A DNA stretch of 64,000 nucleotides, taken from contig JAZDKZ010000005.1 in NCBI GenBank assembly GCA_043802485.1, positions 1 to 64,000 on the forward strand, in the 5' to 3' direction. The notes under the pieces were generated by a model, which worked only from the letters and a program-made list of their open reading frames with translations, did no database searches and was not told the origin of the DNA. This DNA comes from Candidatus Aenigmatarchaeota archaeon (GTDB taxonomy: Archaea; Aenigmatarchaeota; Aenigmatarchaeia; Aenigmatarchaeales; Aenigmatarchaeaceae). Positions 10,113 through 18,318 of the stretch are shown piece after piece. Numbering within the stretch: position 1 is the stretch's first letter; every line of letters begins with the position of its first letter. Position numbers and translations under genes: made by a program.

Positions 10113-11051
10113 TATCGATATCCCTATCTGCTGCAGCACAAATAAGACATATATCATAATCAGTATCAGTGCAGTCTTCTTGCCCAGATACTTTGATGTG
10201 TTGACGAAATACCACATAGAAAGTGTGGAGGCCAGGACGAAGAACATCATGCCTCCTGTTGCCAAAGTACTCACCTCTGAAGGGGATATGAGCGATGTTA
10301 TTCCAAGTATGAGCGTTATGTTAGTTATGCAGCTGCCGAGTATGTTGCCAAAGGCCATGTCAAAATAGTGCCTCTTCAAAGCCTGGACAGTTGTAGCGAG
10401 TTCAGGGATTGAGGTGCCTATGGCGACCAGGGTCGCGCCTATTATGGAAGGTGCCAGGCCCAATATCTCTGCTATGTTTATTGAGTTGTCAACAACTATC
10501 TTTGAAAAGAAGAGAAGAACAACAATAGAGATTATGAACTTGATCGTGGTCATGCGCAAGTCCTCCTTCCTCATGAATCCCAATGCCCGTATCTTGCCAG
10601 CCTTTTTTGATATGCTCAGACTGAAGAAGACAAACAGTATCAACAAAACGATGCCCATGACAGGCCCTATGCTTCCCCTCTCAAGTATGAAAAGAGGTAT
10701 CAAAGAAAGCAAGAAGAGGAACTGGGCAAGCTCCTTCTGTGAAGTAGATCTCAGCGAGAACTTCATGCCGCTCAGCAGTATGGCCAGACCTATTATTATG
10801 GTCAGGTTCGCCACGTTCGAACCCAGGACATTTCCTACAGATATGCCACCCTGGCCTGAAACTGCAGCAAACAAGGAAACGAACAGCTCTGGCAGCGACG
10901 TGACAACGGAAAGTACTATGAAGCCTGCGGACATCTGGGAAAGGCCATAGTATGCTGCCAGCTTTGTCGTGTAGACAATTATCTTATCACTGGCTATGGC
11001 TATGAAGAAGAATGACACTAAAAGCATAAACAGGTAAAAAAATATTATCAT
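10101..11051 (-). CDS. Na+/Ca2+ exchanger (CaCA family)
   Basis: Alpha repeats VTSLPELFVS...GNVLGSN and GTSIPELATT...GNILGS; start placed at MIIFF (11051). Confidence 0.92.
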   Translation of the reverse strand: MIIFFYLFMLLVSFFFIAIASDKIIVYTTKLAAYYGLSQMSAGFIVLSVVTSLPELFVSLFAAVSGQGGISVGNVLGSNVANLTIIIGLAILLSGMKFSLRSTSQKELAQFLFLLSLIPLFILERGSIGPVMGIVLLILFVFFSLSISKKAGKIRALGFMRKEDLRMTTIKFIISIVVLLFFSKIVVDNSINIAEILGLAPSIIGATLVAIGTSIPELATTVQALKRHYFDMAFGNILGSCITNITLILGITSLISPSEVSTLATGGMMFFVLASTLSMWYFVNTSKYLGKKTALILIMIYVLFVLQQIGISILNF

Positions 11052-11085
11052 ACACACAATTTGTATGAACTTGAATAAATAGATT

Positions 11086-11391
11086 TTAGGATTTTTTCGC
11101 TTTTTTGCGCTTCCTTGTCTTTTTCTGCTTTTCCATCCTTGACAGGCCCATGGCCATGTAAAATGCGCCAATACCTGCTATGCCGATCAGGCCCGGGTTG
11201 CCTGTGGTCAAGGATAGGACTATGCCCAATGACATGAAGCAGATTCCCATGATGAAAAACGCTTGATAATTGGTCTCCTGTATCTTGCCTTTTTTCGCTT
11301 TCCAGGCAGCTACCAGAACAAGCAGTCCTGCAATCCCCAATAGCACGGTCGCTATTACGTAGACCGAATCTAACATGCTTAGAATTGGCAT
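11086..11391 (-). CDS. Small membrane protein (3 TM, basic C-tail)
   Basis: Hydrophobic segments; ETNYQAFFIMGICF; Lys-rich end. Confidence 0.7.
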   Translation of the reverse strand: MPILSMLDSVYVIATVLLGIAGLLVLVAAWKAKKGKIQETNYQAFFIMGICFMSLGIVLSLTTGNPGLIGIAGIGAFYMAMGLSRMEKQKKTRKRKKAKKS

Positions 11392-11408
11392 TGTTGATTA
11401 AAATAAAG

Positions 11409-11494
11409 TGCGGAGGGCCGGATTTGAACCGACGAACGGACTAACCGATAAGATCTTGAGTCTTACGCCTTTGACCAGACTTGGCTACCTCCGC
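11409..11494 (-). tRNA. tRNA-Leu(CAA)
   Basis: GCGGAGG/CCTCCGC acceptor stem, TAAGA-CT-CAA-GA-TCTTA anticodon arm, long variable arm, GGTTCAAATCC; CCA not encoded. Confidence 0.95.
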
Positions 11495-11567
11495 ATGTAG
11501 AGAAATAATTCTCGAACCAATATAAAATTAACTAAAGAAGAAAAGAAAAAGTGAAACTAAAAATAGA

Positions 11568-11732
11568 TTACAAATCGCAAGGTCTTACGGTTGCTCTTCC
11601 GTTGTCCTTTGCTCTTTTTGCAGCCATCTTGAGCATTTCGTCGACCTTCTTGTCCAAAGCTACGTAAAGGTCTCCTGCTGCTCTCATTCCCTTCAAAGCT
11701 GTCTTTACTTTTGATCTTACTGTTAAACTCAT
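11568..11732 (-). CDS. Short histone-fold protein (54 aa; face-to-face/Bd0055-like type), not in ORF track
   Basis: Manual translation MSLTVRSKVKTALKGMRAAGDLYVALDKKVDEMLKMAAKRAKDNGRATVRPCDL; GGTGA SD; RxTV..DL histone L2 motif with truncated alpha3. Confidence 0.85.
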   Translation of the reverse strand: MSLTVRSKVKTALKGMRAAGDLYVALDKKVDEMLKMAAKRAKDNGRATVRPCDL

Positions 11733-11838
11733 CAAATCACCTTGTTTATTGATGTTTGTTGATGTTTTTAAAGGTTTTCAGAAAGCCTGTTTTCGGGGGT
11801 TTAAACCCTGTTTTGGTTCAGAATAAAAAAGAAATGAA

Positions 11839-11953
11839 TGCCCCCACAGGGATTTGAACCCTGATTTGCGGCTTTCCTCAGTCATCTTTGGGATCATATC
11901 CTTCGAATGAGTTCGAAGGGCCGCAGTCCTTAGCCGGATTAGACGATAGGGGC
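11839..11953 (-). tRNA. tRNA-Glu(TTC) with 40-nt intron at 37/38 (11874-11913)
   Basis: GCCCCTA/TGGGGGC acceptor, GCGGC/GCCGC anticodon stem, 4-nt variable loop, CAGGG-TTCAAAT-CCCTG; BHB central helix CCTT/GAGG; C rather than T at 33. Confidence 0.8.
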
Positions 11954-11990
11954 TTGTTAAGAGATTGTTGCCCAAAGTAATTTAAATGTT

Positions 11991-12389
11991 TTACATTTCT
12001 GCAGAAAACTTTTCCATCCCATCCTCGAACTCGACATCTTCCTTTTTTATTTCTTTTATCTCCGAATTCTTGACATGGAAATATTTGATTGGTTTTTTGT
12101 CTTTGACCAACTTAATCTCAGCAAGGACGCCGTCGCTTACAGGACCGAAAACCCACATCTCATCTGCTATCCTGACAAGGTTGTTGTTGGCTCTACGTAC
12201 AAGGTCCCTATCAACAGAATCAACGAGAAAATAGTCGAATATACCGAACTGGGAGATGGGCGTAAAGCCCTTCTCAAGAACGAACTTGACAGCATGCCTC
12301 CTGAAATAGAACAACTTCTTTGACATGGCTATGAATACGACCTTTGTCTCCTGGTCCAGACCCAGAGCCTTGTGCTCGAATTCGACCAT
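11991..12389 (-). CDS. Nucleoside deoxyribosyltransferase-like (DUF4406-like) Rossmannoid protein
   Basis: VVFIAMS, GFTPIS, RIADEMWVFGPVSDGVLAEI pattern; start moved to ATG 12389 because the longer ORF overlaps tRNA-Val. Confidence 0.6.
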   Translation of the reverse strand: MVEFEHKALGLDQETKVVFIAMSKKLFYFRRHAVKFVLEKGFTPISQFGIFDYFLVDSVDRDLVRRANNNLVRIADEMWVFGPVSDGVLAEIKLVKDKKPIKYFHVKNSEIKEIKKEDVEFEDGMEKFSAEM

Positions 12390-12391
12390 AG

Positions 12392-12464
12392 TGGGCCGGG
12401 CAGGACTCGAACCTGCGATATCCACCGTGTGAGGGTGGCGTCATAGCCGCTAGACCACCGGCCC
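12392..12464 (-). tRNA. tRNA-Val(CAC)
   Basis: GGGCCGG/CCGGCCC acceptor, CCACC-CT-CAC-AC-GGTGG, GCAGG-TTCGAGT-CCTGC. Confidence 0.95.
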
Positions 12465-12475
12465 AAAAAATAAGG

Positions 12476-12589
12476 CGCCGAGGGTGGGATTTGAACCCAC
12501 ATGCCCTTTCAGGCACTAACTTTCCGCCATTGATAGCAGGCTAGCGCACCACCAGATTATGCGTTCGAGGATTGAATATCTACCTCGGC
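12476..12589 (-). tRNA. tRNA-Ser(GCT) with two introns (8/9: 12564-12581; 37/38: 12522-12533)
   Basis: GCCGAGG/CCTCGGC acceptor, G73, CTAGC-CT-GCT-A..A-GTTAG, long variable arm; both inserts form BHB-type motifs. Confidence 0.88.
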
Positions 12590-12590
12590 A

Positions 12591-13253
12591 TTAAACGCCC
12601 TCGGCAATAATTCTTTGAAATTTGATGCTTTTATTACTATGTCTAGAACCAACGAGCTTGATGAATTTTTTAACAGATTTTGTTTTCAAAAGCAATTCAA
12701 AACTTGGAAGTCTTCTCGCATACGGCCCATTTAATGAATACTCCAATCCAAAAGAATCCAGGAGCAAGCATAACGACTCCAAGCCATTTCTGTTGGAAGA
12801 ACTAAACCTTATTCTGGGTGTACTCCTTGTAAAATCTACTGAACCGTCACCGTCAAAGAATCCTCGAATGAAGGCCAACTTTATTTTATCATTAGATTCA
12901 AGCACGCATTCGGGAACATCCCATTTCAAGCAACCCAATTTCACATATCTTAAAAGGTCTCTTATGATGTTCTTTTTTGTTATACAAACCCTAAAAACGT
13001 TTTTGTTGCTTTTGGTAATTTTTGGTTCATAATCATACGCTATAGAAAGCAGCTTTACAAAATGCTCAAGCAAGGGCATGTCCGTATTGCTAAATTCTAT
13101 TATTTCTTTCCACCTCTCCCTGAGAAAAACCGCCTTTCTCCGTCTATCCTTCTCAAAATACATGTCATAATAACCCCTATGGTTGCCTTCAGCGCACAAT
13201 AAACCTAAAATTTCAGCTTTTTCAGGGGTTATTTCAAGGTTCATAGAATTCAC
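12591..13253 (-). CDS. Free-standing double-motif LAGLIDADG homing endonuclease
   Basis: KAEILGLLCAEGN and AFIRGFFDGDGSV motifs, IEFSNTD, IRFSSSN; no intein Cys1/His-Asn ends; AT-richer; start may be ATG 13244. Confidence 0.88.
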   Translation of the reverse strand: MNSMNLEITPEKAEILGLLCAEGNHRGYYDMYFEKDRRRKAVFLRERWKEIIEFSNTDMPLLEHFVKLLSIAYDYEPKITKSNKNVFRVCITKKNIIRDLLRYVKLGCLKWDVPECVLESNDKIKLAFIRGFFDGDGSVDFTRSTPRIRFSSSNRNGLESLCLLLDSFGLEYSLNGPYARRLPSFELLLKTKSVKKFIKLVGSRHSNKSIKFQRIIAEGV

Positions 13254-13328
13254 ATTTTTCCTGATAAAAATTTATATATCTATAGTATAATTTATTAATA
13301 TCAATATAACATTTTTGGAGGAAATAAA

Positions 13329-13625
13329 ATGGTTGTAACAGTAAAAAACCTATCAGAGGTATTTGGCAAGGACGTCTTCACCAACAGGGGAGTTTTCTGT
13401 GGAAGGGTCGCTGACATAGAGGTCAACCTGTCAAAGTTCAGGATAAACGCTGTCGTCATAGAGACAGGTAGAGGCTCCTTTTTGGCAGACATGGTCGGAG
13501 GCAAGAAGGGAGTGGTTGTTCCTTATCAGCTCGTGACAAGTGTCGGAGACGTTGTAATAATAAAGCACATAACGCCTACAATGCCAGAGAACTCATCTGA
13601 AGAGCTTGAATCTACTGCAATTTAG
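13329..13625 (+). CDS. PRC-barrel protein (CdpB-like)
   Basis: GKDVFTNRGVFCGRVADIEVN...GVVVPYQLVTSVGDVVII; GGAGG SD. Confidence 0.85.
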   Translation: MVVTVKNLSEVFGKDVFTNRGVFCGRVADIEVNLSKFRINAVVIETGRGSFLADMVGGKKGVVVPYQLVTSVGDVVIIKHITPTMPENSSEELESTAI

Positions 13626-14334
13626 CCCTGACAATCTCGGCTAGAGAATGGTAAATCAGCTTTCCTGCCATCAGCGTATGCGTGACATTTTTTGTTGGAA
13701 CGAATTCTACAAAGTCTATTGCTACCAAGTTCTTGGCTAAAGCTTTCACTCCTTCCATGACCTGGGCAAACGTCAGGCCGTCTGGCTCAGGGTTGGCAAC
13801 AGCAGGCATTATTGATGAATCCAAAACGTCAAAGTCTATCGAAAGGTAGACAGGCCCCTTTATTTTCTTCAGGTCATCAAGAGTAGCCACTTTTATGCCA
13901 TTTTTCTTCATGTATTTCCATTCATTCTTCGAAAAGCACCTGGCGCCGTAAAGGACCGTCTTGATGCCTTCTTCTGCTATCTTTCTGGTAACCGTGTCAT
14001 ATCCCAACTCGCCTTCCTCGCAGTCAGGGTGAGCATCAAACGAGACAAATACCTTGGGCTTGACAGCCTTGACACCCACATAGGATACGGAATGGTCTCC
14101 GCCGATTATAACCGGGAACTTGTGATCCAGCTTGAGCTCGGCCTCGGCAATCATCTCACTGTATTTATTCGGCAGTATGTTGCCCAAATCCACAAAGCCA
14201 TGCTCCTCCAGATCCATCTGATTGATGAAGGTCTCCATCTGGGGCAGGATCCTTCTAATCTCTATCGGAGCGTTCTGGGAGCCCCTGGCAAAGGTCTTCC
14301 TGTCCAAAAGTATGCCCAGCAGTTCGAAATCCAT
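13612..14334 (-). CDS. Agmatinase/arginase-family ureohydrolase
   Basis: GGDHS, DAHPD, YLSIDFDVLD, PAVANPEPDG, DFVEFVP. Confidence 0.9.
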   Translation of the reverse strand: MDFELLGILLDRKTFARGSQNAPIEIRRILPQMETFINQMDLEEHGFVDLGNILPNKYSEMIAEAELKLDHKFPVIIGGDHSVSYVGVKAVKPKVFVSFDAHPDCEEGELGYDTVTRKIAEEGIKTVLYGARCFSKNEWKYMKKNGIKVATLDDLKKIKGPVYLSIDFDVLDSSIMPAVANPEPDGLTFAQVMEGVKALAKNLVAIDFVEFVPTKNVTHTLMAGKLIYHSLAEIVRAKLQ

Positions 14335-14427
14335 AATACCTTCTTAACATGAAAGTTAAAAAAGGTTAGCTGTCCCAATCCATATGATTTGGAATAAATT
14401 CATAAGGCAGGAAGCACATTTAATTTT

Positions 14428-15105
14428 ATGGTCGAGTTTTTCATAGAAACCTCCATAGACAAGCTTATCGGCATGATAAGGGAGAAGAAAAGGCTCAAGC
14501 TGAGCGTGGCCTCAAAGATTCTCAAGGTAAGCCAAAAGAAGTTAGACGACTGGGTGTTCATGCTTGAGGACAAGGGAATTGTCGACCTGAAATACCCTGT
14601 CCTGGGAGAACCTGAGATTGTTCTTAAGAAGAATATCGCAGAAGAGGTGCTGAAACCGAGGAAAAAGATAGAGGTCGAGAACAGAATCATACCAGGCAAA
14701 CCCATCAAGAAGGAGAACTTGCCTGTTTTCAAGCCAAGCTCACTGCCTGACAGCTCTTCTGAGAGGGAAAGCAAAGCTCCTGCAGACTATGGAAATCTTG
14801 TCGACGAGCTAAAGTCGCTCGAGAATCGCATATCCCAGATGACCTCAAGAAGGGCAGAGAATGACCCGAACAACCTGTACATAACAGAAAAGCTGAGGTT
14901 TTTGGAGGGCAAGCTCAATGAGCTGTCGAACAGGAACGAGAAAGGGGGAGAATTAAGGGAAACCGACAAGATGATTCTGGAGAAGCTGGAGATGATAGAA
15001 AACAGGATAAGTGACATGTCCAAAAAAGTTAATAAGGAAGAAGCTTCAAATCATTTAAAGAAGGGCAAAAAAGAGGTAAAACTGGAAGGTACTGACAATG
15101 TCTGA
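14428..15105 (+). CDS. Hypothetical protein, N-terminal wHTH-like + coiled-coil repeats
   Basis: ETSIDKLI...DDWVFMLEDKGIV; repeated LxxLENRIxxM. Confidence 0.65.
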   Translation: MVEFFIETSIDKLIGMIREKKRLKLSVASKILKVSQKKLDDWVFMLEDKGIVDLKYPVLGEPEIVLKKNIAEEVLKPRKKIEVENRIIPGKPIKKENLPVFKPSSLPDSSSERESKAPADYGNLVDELKSLENRISQMTSRRAENDPNNLYITEKLRFLEGKLNELSNRNEKGGELRETDKMILEKLEMIENRISDMSKKVNKEEASNHLKKGKKEVKLEGTDNV

Positions 15106-15439
15106 CTATCCTGACATAACAACAAAACTGCAAGGCATAGAAAACAAGCTCGCTGAGCTGTCCCATGAGATAGATTCTGTTAAATTCAAGGAGGAGCTGT
15201 TCGAGGTTCTGCTGATAATTTCAACTCTCAACGACAAGGGGAAGATAAGCTTTTATCTGAACTTTTTCGAGAGGCTCATAAAGGTCATGAAGGCCAAGGA
15301 CTTGTGGGAGGACGTGGACGAGGAACTCATGATGGACGTCATGAAGGGAATAGCCGACAACTGGAAAGAGTACAAAAAGGACGAATTGGCAAACTTATTT
15401 GAGAGCTGGCTGAGTAAGAATATAATAGGTGGTGGTTAG
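15098..15439 (+). CDS. Hypothetical helical protein
   Basis: 113-aa ORF overlapping both neighbours; SD-like GAAGGT. Confidence 0.65.
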   Translation: MSDYPDITTKLQGIENKLAELSHEIDSVKFKEELFEVLLIISTLNDKGKISFYLNFFERLIKVMKAKDLWEDVDEELMMDVMKGIADNWKEYKKDELANLFESWLSKNIIGGG

Positions 15440-16289
15440 TTTGGTGAGTTTTTTTGGAAAACCGAAAAAATCGAAAAAGACTGTGAAGAAGAAGGCAAAG
15501 AAAGCGACAAAACCTGTCAAAAAGGTGAAAAAAGTCATGCTTAGGAAGCCTGTCATAGGCGCCAAAAAGGTTAAAAGTAAGAAAAGCAAAGTTAAGAAGA
15601 TGTCTATTAAAAAATCCGTGAAGCGGACAGTAAAGAAAGCCAAAGTAATCAAGCCTGATTTCAAAAAGATGCCAGACGAAAAGGCATACCTTATTCTCAA
15701 GAGATACAAGATAAACCTGCCAAAATATGAATTTTGCAAGAACGAAAAGCAATTGGCAATGGCTCTGAAGAAGGTGGGCTTCCCGTGCGTCATGAAGGTT
15801 TCTGGAGACATCATACACAAGACCGACGTGAACGGCGTCAGGAAGAATGTAAGCAGCGAAGAGGAAGCTGTAAAGGTCTTCGGCGAATTAATGAAGATCA
15901 AAGGATGTGAAACAGTACTTGTTCAGGAGTCTATCGAAGAAGGCTACGAGCTCATAGTGGGCGGGAAGAAGGATTCGCAGTTCGGCAGGGTTATTGCATT
16001 GGGAGCTGGCGGCATATTCACCGACTTTCTAAAGGACGTCAGCTTCAGGATAGTGCCGTTGGGCAGGGAGGATGCGGAGGATATGCTAAATGAAGTAAAG
16101 TTCTCTGACCTCATACTGAAAGGTTTCAGGGACAAGAAGCCGGCAAACCAGAAGGCGATAGTAGATTCCATAATCTCTGTATCAAAGATAATGGAAAAAT
16201 ATCCCAACATAAAGGAGATAGACATAAACCCGCTTTTTGCAACTCCTACCAAGACTATAGCAGCCGACGTCAGAATAATTTTGGAATAG
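15429..16289 (+). CDS. acdB: ADP-forming acetyl-CoA synthetase beta subunit (ATP-grasp) with Lys-rich N-terminal extension
   Basis: GFPCVMKVSGDIIHKTDVNGV, ELIVGGKKDSQFG, EIDINPL, ADVRIIL. Confidence 0.9.
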   Translation: MVVSLVSFFGKPKKSKKTVKKKAKKATKPVKKVKKVMLRKPVIGAKKVKSKKSKVKKMSIKKSVKRTVKKAKVIKPDFKKMPDEKAYLILKRYKINLPKYEFCKNEKQLAMALKKVGFPCVMKVSGDIIHKTDVNGVRKNVSSEEEAVKVFGELMKIKGCETVLVQESIEEGYELIVGGKKDSQFGRVIALGAGGIFTDFLKDVSFRIVPLGREDAEDMLNEVKFSDLILKGFRDKKPANQKAIVDSIISVSKIMEKYPNIKEIDINPLFATPTKTIAADVRIILE

Positions 16290-16321
16290 TTGAGGTCTGA
16301 GAATCTGTTTTTTTTCTTTTT

Positions 16322-16513
16322 CTAATATTTCTGGTTAGGACACCATACGAATTCTTCTGAAGTTTCGTTCAATTCCACATCAAAGGACTCGCCACATTCA
16401 TCGCAGATAACTTCTGTGTTGTGGAGGTCTATTTTGAACTGGCTGCTGCAGCACGGGCATGAAACAATCTTGCTGTTCTTGACGAATTCGTCATCAAAGA
16501 AAGTTTGTCCCAT
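16322..16513 (-). CDS. Small Zn-ribbon protein
   Basis: CPCC...CDECG pair in 63 aa. Confidence 0.6.
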   Translation of the reverse strand: MGQTFFDDEFVKNSKIVSCPCCSSQFKIDLHNTEVICDECGESFDVELNETSEEFVWCPNQKY

Positions 16514-16607
16514 AAGCTACAAATGCTTTCTAAACCTATTTAATCTTTTCTGAGCCATGAAAATATGTTTTTATAGCTGCGAATTCAAATATTTTCTAGG
16601 TGAATCA

Positions 16608-16865
16608 ATGGCTGAAAAAAAGTTTATTGGTAGCATAACGCATTTTTTTCCCAAACCTTCGGTTGCTGTTGTCGAATTGGAGGATGTTCTGAGGGCAGGA
16701 GACAGAATACTTGTGAAAAGAGGAGAAGCAAGCTTTGAGCAAGTTGCCAGCTCTATGCAGATCGAGCACCAGAACATACAGGAAGCAAAGTCAGGAGACG
16801 CTGTCGGACTAAAACTTGACCAGGCAACCAAAGCGGGCGCAAAGGTCTACAAAATAATAGAATAG
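16608..16865 (+). CDS. Small beta-barrel protein (EF-Tu domain II-like / U32 peptidase C-terminal-like)
   Basis: IGSITHFFPKPSVAVV...FEQVASSMQIEH...GDAVGLK; GGTGA SD before ATG 16608. Confidence 0.8.
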   Translation: MAEKKFIGSITHFFPKPSVAVVELEDVLRAGDRILVKRGEASFEQVASSMQIEHQNIQEAKSGDAVGLKLDQATKAGAKVYKIIE

Positions 16866-16897
16866 AAATAAATACCATGAAAACAATATAAGTTTCC

Positions 16898-18259
16898 ATG
16901 TCATTAAACAAATTCTTTAATCCTAGCTCTATAGCTGTAATAGGAGCCAGCAGAACGCCTGGTGAAATAGGGTACACAATACTTGAAAACCTTAAATTTT
17001 CTTTTAAAGAAAAAATATACCCTATTAATCCTAATGCGGGTGAAATACTTGGTTTAACGGCTTATTCTTCTGTATTAGATATCGAGGAACCAATTGATTT
17101 GGCTGTAATAGCAGTTCCGGCCGAAATAGTAAAAGATGTGCTTTTAGAATGTAAACAAAAGAAAATAGGAGCTGTTGTTATAATATCGTCTGGTTTTTCA
17201 GAGATAGGAGAAAAAGAAAGAGAATTAGAGCTTAAAAACATATTAAAGAACAGCAAAATGAGGGTTATTGGTCCTAACTGTATAGGTGTATACAAAAATG
17301 AATTAGACATGATTTTCTTCCCAAGAAACAAGCTTAAAAGACCTCCTTCTGGTTCCATATCGTTTATAACACAGTCCGGAGCATTCGGTTCAATTTTATT
17401 GGATACTATGGCATATAACGGCATAGGCGTTTCAAAGTTCATATCCATTGGCAACAAGATAGATGTCAATGAGATAGACCTTATCAACTATCTGGAAAAG
17501 GATTTAAAGACCCGTTGCATTGCTATCTATCTGGAATCGGTTTCTGATGGTGAGGAGTTCATAAAAGTCGCCAAAAGGACTGTCAAGAGCAAGCCTATCG
17601 TCGTCTTCAAGGCAGGCAAGACTGAGAAAGGCAATGAGGCAGTGGCTTCCCACACCGGATCCCTAGCAGGCTCTGCAAAGATATACTCTGCAGCTTTCAA
17701 GCAGGCAGGCATAATAGAGGCGCAGGATTCTGAAGAGATATTTGACTTTGCCAAGGTGCTGGCAAACCAACCTGTCATGAAGGATAAAAAAATCGCGATT
17801 GTTACAGACGGCGGAGGCTTTGGTATAGTGGCAACAGACGCCGCAGTAAAGTACGGCCTTGATTTGGCAGAGTTCGAGGAGAATACTGTAAAGGCTTTGA
17901 AGAAGGCTCTTCCTGCTTACGGCATTGCCAAGAATCCTGTTGATCTGACAGGTGATGCAAATGTTGAAAGATATCAAAAGGCTCTGGAAGCAGTATTGAA
18001 AGACAAGAATGTTTCTGGCGTGGTGTGCATCGCCCTGATGCAGCTGCCCACGCTGACAGACGAGATAATCAGCGTGATAAGGGACTGTAAGATGGCAGGC
18101 AAGCCGATAACAGTCTGCTCTGCTGGCAGCGATTATGTAATGGAGAGGAACAGGAAGCTGGAGATGTACGGAGTTCCTGTCTATCCGACACCTGAAAGGG
18201 CTGTCAATGCCTTGAAGGTTCCATACCAATACGGCAAGATTCTGAAGAAATCATTGTAA
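16898..18259 (+). CDS. acdA: ADP-forming acetyl-CoA synthetase alpha subunit
   Basis: FNPSSIAVIGAS, GPNCIG, TQSGA, ASHTGSLAG (phospho-His), NPVDLTGD, YPTPERA. Confidence 0.95.
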   Translation: MSLNKFFNPSSIAVIGASRTPGEIGYTILENLKFSFKEKIYPINPNAGEILGLTAYSSVLDIEEPIDLAVIAVPAEIVKDVLLECKQKKIGAVVIISSGFSEIGEKERELELKNILKNSKMRVIGPNCIGVYKNELDMIFFPRNKLKRPPSGSISFITQSGAFGSILLDTMAYNGIGVSKFISIGNKIDVNEIDLINYLEKDLKTRCIAIYLESVSDGEEFIKVAKRTVKSKPIVVFKAGKTEKGNEAVASHTGSLAGSAKIYSAAFKQAGIIEAQDSEEIFDFAKVLANQPVMKDKKIAIVTDGGGFGIVATDAAVKYGLDLAEFEENTVKALKKALPAYGIAKNPVDLTGDANVERYQKALEAVLKDKNVSGVVCIALMQLPTLTDEIISVIRDCKMAGKPITVCSAGSDYVMERNRKLEMYGVPVYPTPERAVNALKVPYQYGKILKKSL

Positions 18260-18318
18260 CAATTCACCACTTGTAGTCGTCAAGGATTAATTAGCCACAG
18301 TTTGTTCTTAGAAGTGTT

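Noticed and set aside
11871..11925. Reading this tRNA as Arg(TCG) or Met(CAT)
   Set aside because: Those registers break the anticodon stem or BHB; the acceptor stem and 4-nt variable loop fit Glu
12591..13300. Endonuclease lying inside a giant tRNA intron
   Set aside because: No tRNA 5' exon upstream of the ORF; tRNA-Ser is complete downstream of the stop
16898..17520. AT-richer 5' part of acdA as a recombination patch
   Set aside because: Visual impression only, not quantifiable here; the protein is continuous and canonical
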